Shown one piece after another: positions 1 through 9,064 of a stretch of DNA of 64,000 nt. The stretch is taken from contig CP070648.1 in NCBI GenBank assembly GCA_020354555.1, forward strand, positions 710,656 through 774,655, read 5' to 3'. How positions within the stretch are numbered: the first letter of the stretch is position 1; each line of letters starts with the position of its first letter. This DNA is from Armatimonadota bacterium. Its GTDB lineage: Bacteria; Armatimonadota; Hebobacteria; GCA-020354555; CP070648. A program made the position numbers and the translations under genes. Under the pieces are notes generated by a model, which worked only from the letters and a program-made list of their open reading frames with translations, was not told the DNA's origin and did not search any database.

Positions 1-215
1 CGCACATCCTCGCCCGCAAGCAGATAGCGGCCATGGGTCGGCCGGTCCACGCATCCCAGGACGTTGAGCATCGTCGTCTTGCCCGAGCCCGACCGCCCCA
101 TGATGGCGACGAACTCGCCCGGCTCGACGTTGAGGTCGACCCCGCGCAGGGCCGGCACATCCACGCTTCCCGCGCGGTAGATCTTGGTTACGTCCTGCAG
201 ATCCACGAGGCTCAC
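1..215 (-). CDS. ABC transporter ATP-binding protein (MacB/LolD type), N-terminal fragment; C-terminus lies beyond the window start
   Basis: Reverse translation from GTG at 215 reads VSLVDLQDVTKIYRAGSVDVPALRGVDLNVEPGEFVAIMGRSGSGKTTMLNVLG, with a Walker A motif GRSGSGKTT. A GGAGGAGGAGG ribosome-binding site lies just upstream at 216-226. The GTG start overlaps the stop of the upstream HlyD gene as GTGA, consistent with translational coupling. Confidence 0.8.
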   Translation of the reverse strand, partial: MSLVDLQDVTKIYRAGSVDVPALRGVDLNVEPGEFVAIMGRSGSGKTTMLNVLGCVDRPTHGRYLLAGEDV

Positions 216-1639
216 GCCTCCTCCTCCGTCTCTTCCGACTGCCGCGTCGGGTCCTCCATCGCCACGATCTCGTTGTCGCGCAGGCCGGAGCGGATCACCA
301 CGGCGACGTCGTTACGGTCGCCCACGGTCACCTCGCGCGCGGCGAATTGCCCGTCGCGCTTGACATAGACCAGGCTCTTGCCCTTGCGCTCGAACACCGC
401 CTCCAGCGGAACGTAAAGCGCGTCCGGGATGCGCTTGACGATGAACTGCACGCTGGCGTTGAGGCCGGGCTTCAGGCGGCTCGGCTGGTCCTGATTCACT
501 TTCACCCAGGTATCGAACACGCGCTCGTTGGGATCGGCCTTGGGGTCTTCCGACAGCGATACTTCGCGCGCCACTGCGGCGACGCTGGTGACGGTGCCGC
601 TGAAGACGCGGCCAGCCAGGGCCTCAAAGTCGATCTCGGCCTGCTGCCCTTTCCACACCGACCCGATGTTCGTCTCCTTGATGCGGCACCACACCGACAT
701 GTTCTCGCTGCCGGAGATCGTGCCCAAGAGCATGCCCGGCGATACCTGATCGCCGGCCCTCGATGCGCGTCGCTCTCCGCCCACGTAACGGGAGAACAGG
801 GCGAGGACGCCCGCGCGCGGGGCGAACACCGTCGTTTCCGCCAGGGACTCGCGGATCTTGTCGAGTTCCTTGCGCGTCATCTCCGCGCGGTCCTTGGCGT
901 GCTCGACCTGCTCGTCGATGCGCGTGCGGGTGACTTCGGCTTTGTACTCGGCTGCCTCGACCGCGGTCTTCTTCTGGCGCAGCTCGGATTCGATCTCCCG
1001 CCGCCTCAACTCGAGATCCTTGACGCTTTGCTCGACCTTGAACTCCTGCGCCTCGTAGGCGGCCTTGGCGACCTGCGCTTCGGCGCCCGCGATGTAGCCT
1101 TTGTCCGCCATGCGCTGCTGCCGCTCGTACTCGATCCGCAGGCGCTCCTGCTCGGCGCGATCGAACTCCAGTTGGTCTTCAGCCTGCTTGATACGCACGC
1201 GGTTGGAGTCCTCCCACAATTGCAGATCCTGGCGCGCTTGCTCGGCCGCCCGCTTGGCGTTATCGTAGCCCTCGCGCGCGCTCTCCTCGGTCTTCTCGAT
1301 CTCCTCCTGCGCCTGCTTGAAGCGCAGCTCGGTTTGCGTTTCTCGCTGCTCCATCTCGCGCGATTCGACGCGGCAGAACACCTCGCCGGCCTGTACGATG
1401 GCGCCGTCAGGCACGATCATCGTCAGCTTACCGCCGGCCTTGCCGTTGCGCACCGTCACCGCGTCGTCGCTTTGCAGGCTACCGTCCACCTGCAGCGCGA
1501 CCACGAATTCGCCCCGGGTTGGGGTGGCGGTGGGGGGACCTGAGTCCACACTGCGCGCCGCAAACGTTCGCCACGCCCAGGCACCGCTGGCAATCACCGC
1601 CAGGGCCGCCAGGCCGCCTATGACACGTTTCGCCCTCAC
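212..1639 (-). CDS. HlyD-family periplasmic adaptor (membrane fusion protein, MacA-like)
   Basis: The 475 aa ORF has an N-terminal membrane anchor. A long Glu/Arg/Gln-rich coiled-coil stretch (RETQTELRFKQAQEEIEKTEESAREG...) is followed by beta-barrel/lipoyl-like segments (GAIVQAGEVFCRVESRE; VTVGDRNDVAVVIRSGLRDNEIV). This is the typical HlyD/RND-adaptor architecture. The gene sits between a TolC-like gene and an ABC ATPase. Confidence 0.85.
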   Translation of the reverse strand: MRAKRVIGGLAALAVIASGAWAWRTFAARSVDSGPPTATPTRGEFVVALQVDGSLQSDDAVTVRNGKAGGKLTMIVPDGAIVQAGEVFCRVESREMEQRETQTELRFKQAQEEIEKTEESAREGYDNAKRAAEQARQDLQLWEDSNRVRIKQAEDQLEFDRAEQERLRIEYERQQRMADKGYIAGAEAQVAKAAYEAQEFKVEQSVKDLELRRREIESELRQKKTAVEAAEYKAEVTRTRIDEQVEHAKDRAEMTRKELDKIRESLAETTVFAPRAGVLALFSRYVGGERRASRAGDQVSPGMLLGTISGSENMSVWCRIKETNIGSVWKGQQAEIDFEALAGRVFSGTVTSVAAVAREVSLSEDPKADPNERVFDTWVKVNQDQPSRLKPGLNASVQFIVKRIPDALYVPLEAVFERKGKSLVYVKRDGQFAAREVTVGDRNDVAVVIRSGLRDNEIVAMEDPTRQSEETEEEA

Positions 1640-1748
1640 CGAATCACCTTGTCTATGCCATCCATCACGCTGCCGGATTCGATCGCCCGGCTCATCCTCT
1701 CGGGCTGTACGCCCATCGCGCTTTCGTCCAGCGCGCGGGAGCCGCGCG

Positions 1749-3257
1749 CTAGCCGGGCAGGCCTGCTGTGATGTCCTCGCCCAACGCCCGCCGTATCCGT
1801 ATCGTCGTCAGGAAATAGTCGACCTTCTCCTGCAGCAACGACCGCTCAGCCTCGACCAGCCCGCGATCGGCGTCGAGCACGCGCAGATAGTCGCTCAGCC
1901 CCTCATCATACATACCCTGGGCCTGCTCGCGGTTCTTGCGCGCCAGGGCGACAGCGTCCTCGCCGATGGCGATGCGGGCCCGCGTCGCTTCCGCAGCCCG
2001 CACCAGGGCTTGCATCTCCTGTGTGACCTGCTCGCGCGTCGCGACGATCTGCTGATCGAGCACGTCAAGGTTACGATCGGCGCGGTCTCTGTTCTCGAAC
2101 CGCGCCCGCTCGCGCAACGGCACTTGGACACGCAGCCCCGCAAACCAGCCGGCGCTGAGGCTCTGCCCGCCGATCGTCTGGCCCGCGTCCGTGAACCCAG
2201 CCGATGCGGTCAGATCCGGCTTGTACTCGCTGTAGACAATCCTGCGCGCCGCTGCGGCGTCCTCCCGGCTCAGGTTGAGCCGCGCGAGTTCGGTGCTGTT
2301 GGTGAGCGCGGTTTGACTCAACCCCGCCTCATCGTAATCCTGTGGCTCGTACGCTATGGCCGTCATCAGGTCGGGCGTGGCGCCCGCGACAAACCCCATC
2401 TCGAGCAGCAGCGCATCCACCGCGTCTTGAAACCCTTGCTGACGGCTGATCAGGGACTGCTTGGAGCGCTCCCAGCTCAAACGCGCCTGGTCCACGTCAA
2501 TCTCGGCAACCTGCGTCACCCACTCCTCGCCGGGCTTCTTCAACTCTTCCCCGGTAAACTTCACGTAGTTCAGGTCGTAGAAGCGCTTGGCCCGGTCCAC
2601 GGCGCGCTCAGCAATCTCGATCTCCCCCTGCGCCAGCAGCGCTCGGAAGTATGCCTGGATGATGCTCAGCGCAAGAGATTGACGAGATTCGTAGAATAAG
2701 AGTTCCTCGTTCGCCAGGCCGACGCGCGCGCTGCGCACGCGCTCCCAGGTGGACGACGCCAACCCGGCCCCGCGCAGGATGGGCCGGTCGTAGGTAGCGC
2801 TGATCGCGGGGCGCTGGGTGAGCACATCGCCGAACGAACTCTGCGAGCCGGTGCCGACCTCGAGTTCCAGGGCGTCGCCCGCGAGCCCCTCCCAGCGCGC
2901 CACAGCGGAAGCCGATTCCCGGTCCTCCGACTCCCCGCCCACCGGCCGTTCCCGTTCCGCGCGGGCGGTGGCGGCGTAGAACAGGCGTTGATCGGCCACC
3001 CACAGCCCTTGCCTGGAGTTGACCAGGTTCGCCTGGTCGCGGCGGAAGCGCGCGTTATGGCGAAACGCCAGGTCAAGGCATTCCGTAAGGCTCAGCGCGG
3101 GCGGCGCCTGCGGGGAGGGCGTCGGCGACAGGTCAACCGACTCCGGCTCGGCCGCCCGGATGCGCTCCCACATCACGGGCGGCAGCCCCGCAGTCTCGGC
3201 GGCCAGCCCGGGTGCGGTCACGACCAGCAGGATCAACAACGCAATACCGCTTCTCAT
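1749..3257 (-). CDS. TolC-family outer membrane efflux protein
   Basis: The ORF runs 1749..3317. The likely start is the ATG at 3257, giving the signal peptide MRSGIALLILLVVTAPGLAAE. The TolC/OEP repeat signature is LTECLDLAFRHNARFRRDQANLVNSRQGLWVADQRLFYAATARAER, with the second repeat at LSDYLRVLDADRGLVEAERSLLQEKVDYFLTTIRIRRALG. Confidence 0.85.
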   Translation of the reverse strand: MRSGIALLILLVVTAPGLAAETAGLPPVMWERIRAAEPESVDLSPTPSPQAPPALSLTECLDLAFRHNARFRRDQANLVNSRQGLWVADQRLFYAATARAERERPVGGESEDRESASAVARWEGLAGDALELEVGTGSQSSFGDVLTQRPAISATYDRPILRGAGLASSTWERVRSARVGLANEELLFYESRQSLALSIIQAYFRALLAQGEIEIAERAVDRAKRFYDLNYVKFTGEELKKPGEEWVTQVAEIDVDQARLSWERSKQSLISRQQGFQDAVDALLLEMGFVAGATPDLMTAIAYEPQDYDEAGLSQTALTNSTELARLNLSREDAAAARRIVYSEYKPDLTASAGFTDAGQTIGGQSLSAGWFAGLRVQVPLRERARFENRDRADRNLDVLDQQIVATREQVTQEMQALVRAAEATRARIAIGEDAVALARKNREQAQGMYDEGLSDYLRVLDADRGLVEAERSLLQEKVDYFLTTIRIRRALGEDITAGLPG

Positions 3258-3386
3258 GGTTCTCCACTCACCTGAACCCGCGCGAGCGGGCAGCGAATAG
3301 CGCTCATCGGGCTGCACAGCGGCAGCACGGAAAGCTCAGCACATGCCGGTGGTCAGAGGAAAGACGAGGTGCGGTTCCACCCGCAG

Positions 3387-3836
3387 CTACTGATCCATCT
3401 CTCCCGCATGATCGGCGAGCCGGCCGAGCAGGTCCGCCAACAGCGCCTGCTCCGATGTCGTCAGGGCCGACATCAAGCCCTTGATCCGAGCGACGTGAGC
3501 CGGGTAGATCTGTTCGAAGAGTTCCCGCCCGGCGGGCGTCAGAACCGCAAGCGTGCTGCGCCGGTCCTCCGGATGCGACACGCGCGCGAGATGGCCGGCT
3601 TCCTCGAGCCGGTCGATCAGCCCCGTGACGTTCCCGGAGGTGACGTAGAGCCGCTGCGAAATCTCATTGAGTTTGACGCCCTCGCTGCCCGAATCGGCCA
3701 GCACTCGCAGGATGCCGAGCTGCGCTCCGGTCAGCCCGCGCTCGCGCAGTTCTCGATGGATGGCGCGGCCGACTTCTGCCTTCGCTCGCACGAAGCCGCG
3801 CCACGCACGCATCGCTGGCTGCTCGGCTGCTGACAT
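3387..3836 (-). CDS. MarR-family transcriptional regulator
   Basis: The 149 aa protein has a winged-helix core, LTGAQLGILRVLADSGSEGVKLNEISQRLYVTSGNVTGLIDRLEEAGHLARVSHPEDRRSTLAVLTPAGRE. A GGAGG ribosome-binding site precedes the ATG at 3836. Confidence 0.9.
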   Translation of the reverse strand: MSAAEQPAMRAWRGFVRAKAEVGRAIHRELRERGLTGAQLGILRVLADSGSEGVKLNEISQRLYVTSGNVTGLIDRLEEAGHLARVSHPEDRRSTLAVLTPAGRELFEQIYPAHVARIKGLMSALTTSEQALLADLLGRLADHAGEMDQ

Positions 3837-3848
3837 AGGCTGCCTCCG

Positions 3849-3872
3849 GAATAGTTTAGACCAAAGCTATTC
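3849..3872. promoter_or_regulatory. Imperfect palindrome GAATAGtttagaccaaagCTATTC in the marR/fasciclin divergent intergenic region; candidate MarR operator
   Basis: An inverted repeat sits in an AT-richer stretch immediately upstream of the marR start codon and ribosome-binding site. MarR regulators typically autoregulate through ~20 bp palindromes that overlap their own promoter. Confidence 0.35.
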
Positions 3873-4219
3873 ATCTGTCAAATGTTTTCTGTGGACACGG
3901 GGTATGAGCGCGCAGAGCGGGGATGGGGCGCCCTACGCGGGGGGCGACTTCGTCGCGCCCATTCTCAAGCGCGGCCTGCCCGCCGCAGCCGGGCCTCACT
4001 CGGCACGCTCAGGACGAGCGACCGGGCCCCTCCGGGCGCAGCACCGAATGATTTCGACAGATGGTGACGCTGCGTGTTGTGTGACGGAGCGAACAAGCCG
4101 GTCGATTGTGCGAGCAATCACGTTGACAAGCCGCGACCATAGCGGTTCACTCAGGGGCAAAGGACCCAAACGATTGCGCGAGTCGAGCGCACGACTTCAG
4201 CCCAGAGCAAGGGAGGTGA

Positions 4220-4771
4220 GTGAGCGTGAGAGGACTGAGAGTCATGGGTGTGGTCGCCGTCGTCCCGTTGGTGGTGATCGCGGTGGTGATGGGCTGCGGG
4301 CCGAAGCCTGCGCCGTCGCCGCCAGCCGCGCCGATCGCCCCCGAGCGTGAAGCCGCCAAGGATATCGTTGAAGTGGCCATGGAAGCGGGCCAGTTCGAGA
4401 ATCTGGTCGCCGCCGTTGAGGCCGCGGGGCTCGTCGAAACACTCAAGGGGCCCGGGCCATTCACGGTTTTTGCGCCCAACGACGACGCCTTCGCCAAGCT
4501 GCCGGAGGGCGCAGTGGACAACCTGCTCAAGCCCGAGAACAAGGAGCAGTTGACCAAGATCCTGACCTACCACGTCGTCCCCGAGAAGCTCATGGCGGCG
4601 GATGTCACGACCATGACGTCCGCCACGACCGTGAACGGGCAGGACCTGACGTTTAAGGTCGAGGGTGACACCGTCATGGTGGACGGCGCGAAGGTGATCG
4701 GGGCCGACATCATGGCATCGAACGGCGTCATCCACGTGATAGACTCCGTCGTCATGCCCAAGGAAGAGTAA
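4220..4771 (+). CDS. Fasciclin (FAS1) domain lipoprotein
   Basis: The protein starts at GTG and has a signal peptide with lipobox, [26 protein letters not shown]. The FAS1 domain core is [49 protein letters not shown]...[12 protein letters not shown]. Confidence 0.85.
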   Translation: MSVRGLRVMGVVAVVPLVVIAVVMGCGPKPAPSPPAAPIAPEREAAKDIVEVAMEAGQFENLVAAVEAAGLVETLKGPGPFTVFAPNDDAFAKLPEGAVDNLLKPENKEQLTKILTYHVVPEKLMAADVTTMTSATTVNGQDLTFKVEGDTVMVDGAKVIGADIMASNGVIHVIDSVVMPKEE

Positions 4772-4860
4772 GGTGTTCAGAGGAGTCTGAGCGCGCATCG
4801 CTGTCGGAGCCGACGTCCCGCAGAGCCGAACGCGATTGTGCGCATGAAGGGAGAAAGGAC

Positions 4861-5268
4861 ATGGCAAATATCGTGGAGACCGCGATCGGGGCGGGCACGT
4901 TCAACGCCCTGGTGAAAGCGGTGCAAGCGGCCGGACTGGCGGACACGTTGTCGGGCCCCGGACCGTTCACCGTCTTTGCGCCAACCGACGACGCGTTCGC
5001 CAAAGTGCCAGCGAGCACGCTCGAGGACCTGCTCAAGCCCGAGAACAAGACGAAGCTCCAGGGTATATTGACCTACCATGTGGTCGCGGGCAAGATGATG
5101 GCGGCCGATGTCAGCCAGCGCACGTCACTCAAGACGGTCCAGGGCCAAGATCTGATGATAGACACGGCGGACGGCGTTAAGGTTGACGGCGCGAAGGTCA
5201 TCCAGGCCGACATCGCCGCCGACAACGGCGTCATCCACGTGATTGACAGCGTGGTTATGCCGAAGTAA
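4861..5268 (+). CDS. Fasciclin (FAS1) domain protein, a paralog of the upstream gene with no signal peptide
   Basis: The 135 aa protein has the same FAS1 core, FTVFAPTDDAFAKVPASTLEDLLKPENKTKLQGILTYHVVAGKMMAADV...[13 protein letters not shown]. It is about 65% identical to the upstream gene over the domain. Confidence 0.85.
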   Translation: MANIVETAIGAGTFNALVKAVQAAGLADTLSGPGPFTVFAPTDDAFAKVPASTLEDLLKPENKTKLQGILTYHVVAGKMMAADVSQRTSLKTVQGQDLMIDTADGVKVDGAKVIQADIAADNGVIHVIDSVVMPK

Positions 5269-5368
5269 CGCCGCACCGCCTTCCGATCCAGCGGTTAGGC
5301 GCCGGATTCGCAGCGACGCCGCATCGCCTGTGGAGTTGCGCGGCCGTAATCCGGCGCGGGCTCCGGTC

Positions 5369-7033
5369 ATGAGTGCATTCCGCTGCTTGCTTGCCGAGCG
5401 CCAGCTCGACTCCCGCGGACGGCGCTGGCTGTTCGTGCCATACGATCAGCTCTCCGACCGCATCGGCCCCCTTGCCCGCGAAGACCCCCGCCGCCTCGGC
5501 GTCGTGCTCGTCGAGAATCCGTGGAAGGCCTCCCGCCGCCCGTATCACAAGCAGAAGCTTGCGCTGATCGTGGCGAACCTGCGCCACTTCGCTCTCGAGC
5601 AGGCTGCGCGCGGGGTGGCGGTGCGCCACGTCGTCACGCGCTCTCTTTACCGCGATGCCCTACGGCCGCTGATTGTCGAACTCGGACCAGTGCGGGCGAT
5701 GACCCCGGCGGAACGGGAGCTGCGCGTCGACCTTCAGCCGCTGGCGGATGCGGGCGGCGTGGAGCTGATCGAGCACGAAGGCTGGCTCACTTCGTCCGAT
5801 CAATTTCACACCAGTCAGCGACGCGGCCCCCCGTGGCGCATGGACGCCTTCTACAGGCATGTTCGCCGAATGACGGGCATCCTGATGAGCGGCAGCAAAC
5901 CGGAGGGCGGCAAGCTCAGCTTCGACGCCGAAAACCGGCTCCCGTGGAAGGGCGCGCCTCAGGCGCCGGAGCCCCCGACGTTTGCGTCAGACCCCGTAAA
6001 GCGGGAAGTGGCGGAACTCATCGAATCCGCGTTTGGCCACCACCCCGGACGGCTCGATATGGATCATCTGCCCGCGACCGCGGCGGACGCGGAGACGCTG
6101 TGGTCGTGGGCGAAGCGCGAGTGCCTGCCCACCTTCGGTCCGTACGAAGACGCGATGTCCTTCAGTTCCAGCGGCCTGTTCCACACCCGCATCTCGGCGC
6201 TGCTGAACCTGCACCGGCTTCTCCCGGCGGAAGTGGTCGCCGACGTCCTGGGACTCGACGTTCCCCTGGCGAGCAAGGAGGGCTTCGTCCGGCAGGTTCT
6301 GGGATGGCGCGAGTTTGTCCGTCACGTGCACCTGGCGACCGACGGCTTTCGGGATCTTCCCGAAGGCAGTCCGCCGGTCGCCTCGTCGCCGGGAGACGGC
6401 GGCTACCGGCGGTGGGCGGGCGCGCCCTGGCCCAGGACGGCTCTCCCCGGCGAGCCTGATGGCGGCGCCGTACCGTCGGCCCTCGGGGGCGACACGGCGC
6501 TCCCGCCGGCGTTTTGGGGCATCGCATCGGGCCTCGCCTGCCTCGACTGCGTCGTGTCAGATGTGTGGCGCGAGGGCTGGAGCCATCACATCACGCGGCT
6601 CACGGTGCTGTCGAATCTCGCGGCGCTGCTCGACATCTCCCCGCGCGAGATCACGGACTGGTTCTGGGCCGCGTACACGGACGCGTACGATTGGGTGGTC
6701 GAGCCGAACGTGCTCGGCATGGGCACGTACGCCGTCGGCGACGTGATCACGACTAAGCCGTACGTCACCGGCGCAGCATACATTAACAGAATGAGCGACT
6801 ACTGCAAGCGCTGCGGGTTTGATCCCAAAGGCGACTGCCCGTTCACGGACCTCTACTGGGCGTTCCTGGCGCGACACGACGAGGCGCTGCGGCGCAACCC
6901 GCGCATGCGCATGCCGCTGGCGGCGATGCGCAAGCGCTCGCAGTCACAGCACCGACGTGATGCGCGGGTGTTTGAGTCCTTGCGGGACGCACTGCTCGGC
7001 GGCGCCCACTTGAGCCCGTCCGAGATGCCGTGA
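5369..7033 (+). CDS. Cryptochrome/photolyase-family protein (COG3046-type, FeS-BCP/PhrB-like)
   Basis: The ORF runs 5243..7033. The likely start is the ATG at 5369 (MSAFRCLLAERQLD...). The N-terminal photolyase alpha/beta domain includes LFVPYDQLSD...VVLVENPWKASRRPYHKQKLALIVANLRHFALE. The C-terminal FAD-binding region includes WREFVRHV...ITRLTVLSNLA...DWFWAAYTDAYDWVVEPNVLGMGTYA. The C-terminus carries conserved Cys residues (CKRCGFDPKGDCPF) as in Fe-S-containing bacterial cryptochrome/photolyases. Confidence 0.7.
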   Translation: MSAFRCLLAERQLDSRGRRWLFVPYDQLSDRIGPLAREDPRRLGVVLVENPWKASRRPYHKQKLALIVANLRHFALEQAARGVAVRHVVTRSLYRDALRPLIVELGPVRAMTPAERELRVDLQPLADAGGVELIEHEGWLTSSDQFHTSQRRGPPWRMDAFYRHVRRMTGILMSGSKPEGGKLSFDAENRLPWKGAPQAPEPPTFASDPVKREVAELIESAFGHHPGRLDMDHLPATAADAETLWSWAKRECLPTFGPYEDAMSFSSSGLFHTRISALLNLHRLLPAEVVADVLGLDVPLASKEGFVRQVLGWREFVRHVHLATDGFRDLPEGSPPVASSPGDGGYRRWAGAPWPRTALPGEPDGGAVPSALGGDTALPPAFWGIASGLACLDCVVSDVWREGWSHHITRLTVLSNLAALLDISPREITDWFWAAYTDAYDWVVEPNVLGMGTYAVGDVITTKPYVTGAAYINRMSDYCKRCGFDPKGDCPFTDLYWAFLARHDEALRRNPRMRMPLAAMRKRSQSQHRRDARVFESLRDALLGGAHLSPSEMP

Positions 7034-7182
7034 CGACTGCCGCTCAGCGCGACTCCGATTGCTCCACAACCGCGACAGGAGTTCCCACCCGCTCATGAAA
7101 GTAGGGAGAAGCGTCCTAGGCGCGAGGCCGTGGAATAGGCAGCCGCCGCGGTCGCGCAGGCGCCAGCGAGAGGAGATGAGAA

Positions 7183-7650
7183 ATGCCCAAGCTCAAACCC
7201 GGCGATGCGGCGCCGAAGTTCGCCTTGACCGATCAGAACGGGAAGACCGTCAAGCTCGCCGACTTCAAGGGCACCAAGCTGTTGGTCTATTTCTACCCCA
7301 GAGCGGGCACGACTGGCTGCACCAAGCAGTCGCAGAACGTCCGCGACCACCGCGCCGCGTTGCGCAAGCTCGGCGTGGAGGTCGCGGGCATCAGCCCGGA
7401 TACGCCGGAGCAGCAGAAGCGGTTCGACGACAAGCACAAGTTCGGCTTCCCCCTGCTGTCGGACGCCGACCATGCGGTTGCGCAGGCGTGGGGAGCGTGG
7501 GGCGAGAAGTCCATGTACGGCAGGAAGTTCCAGGGCGTGATTCGCTCGTCATTCCTGGTTGACGAGAAGGGCAAGATCGCCCACGCCTGGTACAAGGTCA
7601 AGCCGGAGCAGACCGCGCCCGAGGTGGAGAAGGCGCTGAGAGCGAAGTAG
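7183..7650 (+). CDS. bcp: Thioredoxin-dependent thiol peroxidase (peroxiredoxin Bcp)
   Basis: The 155 aa protein has the peroxidatic motif YFYPRAGTTGCTKQ and the Prx fold signature KHKFGFPLLSDADHAVAQAWGAW. A GAGGAG ribosome-binding site precedes the ATG. Confidence 0.9.
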   Translation: MPKLKPGDAAPKFALTDQNGKTVKLADFKGTKLLVYFYPRAGTTGCTKQSQNVRDHRAALRKLGVEVAGISPDTPEQQKRFDDKHKFGFPLLSDADHAVAQAWGAWGEKSMYGRKFQGVIRSSFLVDEKGKIAHAWYKVKPEQTAPEVEKALRAK

Positions 7651-7804
7651 CGGCCTCGCAGGTGTCATTCCGAGCGTAGCGCCGAGCGTCAGCCGGGCGC
7701 GGAGCGTAGAATCTCGCCGTCGTCGGACGCACGCAGGCCGGAGCTGTCAGACTCCGTCCACGGCCCCCCGACGACATCGGGTCTACCCAAAGGCAGGAGC
7801 CACA

Positions 7805-8254
7805 ATGGAAGAACCGAGACTGCGCGATCACCTGAGCGACCTGCTCTCCTCGCAGAGACTCGCCGTGCTCGCCACCCACGCCGACGGCCAGCCGTACACG
7901 AGCCTGGTGGCGTTCGCGGCAACCGATGATCTGAGGTGCCTCGTATTCGCCACGGAGCGTGGCACGCGCAAGCATGCCAACCTGGCGGCGGACTCCAGGG
8001 CAGCGCTGCTGGTGGATAACCGGTCGAATGACGAAGCTGATTTCGCGCGGGCGATCGCCGTGACCGCCATCGGACAAGCCGAGGAAGCCGGCGGCGTGGA
8101 GAAAGAGAGGCTGCTCGCGCTGTATCTCGCCAAGCACCCGGAGCTGAAGGTATTCGCGGCATCGCCCGCAAGCGCTCTGATCCGCGTGGCGATCCGCACC
8201 TACTACGTGGTCAGCGAATTCCAGCGGGTCGAGGAACTGCGGGTGGCTGAGTGA
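7805..8254 (+). CDS. Pyridoxamine 5'-phosphate oxidase-family (FMN-binding split-barrel) protein
   Basis: The 149 aa protein carries the split-barrel segment LAVLATHADGQPYTSLVAFAATDDLRCLVFATERGTRKHANLAADSRAALLV, typical of the general-stress-protein-26/PNPOx family. Confidence 0.75.
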   Translation: MEEPRLRDHLSDLLSSQRLAVLATHADGQPYTSLVAFAATDDLRCLVFATERGTRKHANLAADSRAALLVDNRSNDEADFARAIAVTAIGQAEEAGGVEKERLLALYLAKHPELKVFAASPASALIRVAIRTYYVVSEFQRVEELRVAE

Positions 8255-8290
8255 ACCGCGTTGCGGCGCGGGGGCGGCGCGCCCAACGCA

Positions 8291-9064
8291 TCACGACTTC
8301 GCCGACTCCGGCATGACCTGGAACGGGCACTGCCCGGCGGGCGCCTGGCATTCGAAATTCGGCAGCTCGCTCGTCGGCACGTCCTGCACGATGCCGCCGT
8401 CCTGAATGCGCACCAACCGGTCCGCCTGACACGCCAGCCGGTCGTCGTGCGTGACGAGAACGAAGGCGCTGCCCAGGTCGCGGTTCAGCTCGCGCATGAG
8501 CTGAAAAACCTCGCGACCGTTATCCGTGTCCAGGTTGCCGGTGGGCTCGTCCGCCAGGATCAGCGACGGCTTGTTGACGAGCGCCCGCACTACGGCCACG
8601 CGCTGTGCCTCGCCGCCCGAGAGCTGGGTGGCGGGCTTGTGCAGCAACGGCGTCATCCCGACCCGGTCGAGCAGGGACCGCACGTAGTCCTGGCCCTCGC
8701 GCAGCGCCGTGCCTCTGCCGACGATCAGGGGCATCAACGCATTCTCCAGCACCGTGAATTCGTTGAGCAGATAATGGAACTGAAACACGAAGCCGATGCG
8801 CCGGCGGCGCAGCTCGGCCAGTTCGTCGTCGCTCAGGCGATTATAGTCGCGGCCTTCAAGGCTGATGCTGCCGCCGGTGGGGCGGTCGAGGGCGCCGAGC
8901 AGGTTGAGCAGCGTGGTCTTGCCGGAGCCCGATTGCCCGACGAGGGCGACGAAATCCCGGCGGCGGATGGTCAGGTTGACGCCGCGCAGGGCGACCGTCT
9001 CCGCCCCGTTGCGATAGATCTTATGCACGTCGGATGCGACGAGCAGGGCTTCCGCTTCAGGCAC
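8291..9064 (-). CDS. ABC transporter ATP-binding protein (DevA/LolD/MacB-type)
   Basis: The protein has a Walker A motif GQSGSGKTT, an ABC signature LSGGEAQRV, and a Walker B motif [12 protein letters not shown], followed by an H-loop at VLVTHD. It carries an unusual C-terminal Cys pair, [12 protein letters not shown]. Confidence 0.9.
   Translation of the reverse strand: MPEAEALLVASDVHKIYRNGAETVALRGVNLTIRRRDFVALVGQSGSGKTTLLNLLGALDRPTGGSISLEGRDYNRLSDDELAELRRRRIGFVFQFHYLLNEFTVLENALMPLIVGRGTALREGQDYVRSLLDRVGMTPLLHKPATQLSGGEAQRVAVVRALVNKPSLILADEPTGNLDTDNGREVFQLMRELNRDLGSAFVLVTHDDRLACQADRLVRIQDGGIVQDVPTSELPNFECQAPAGQCPFQVMPESAKS

Noticed and set aside
347-2699. Long plus-strand ORFs (347..1543, 398 aa; 1317..2699, 460 aa) opposite the HlyD and TolC genes
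   Set aside because: The translations are Arg/Ala/Leu/Gly-rich and low-complexity (e.g. ...LRLVGGLGDLRFGARD...), with no recognisable domain. The opposite strand has clear HlyD/TolC homology. This is the typical antisense open frame of high-GC DNA.
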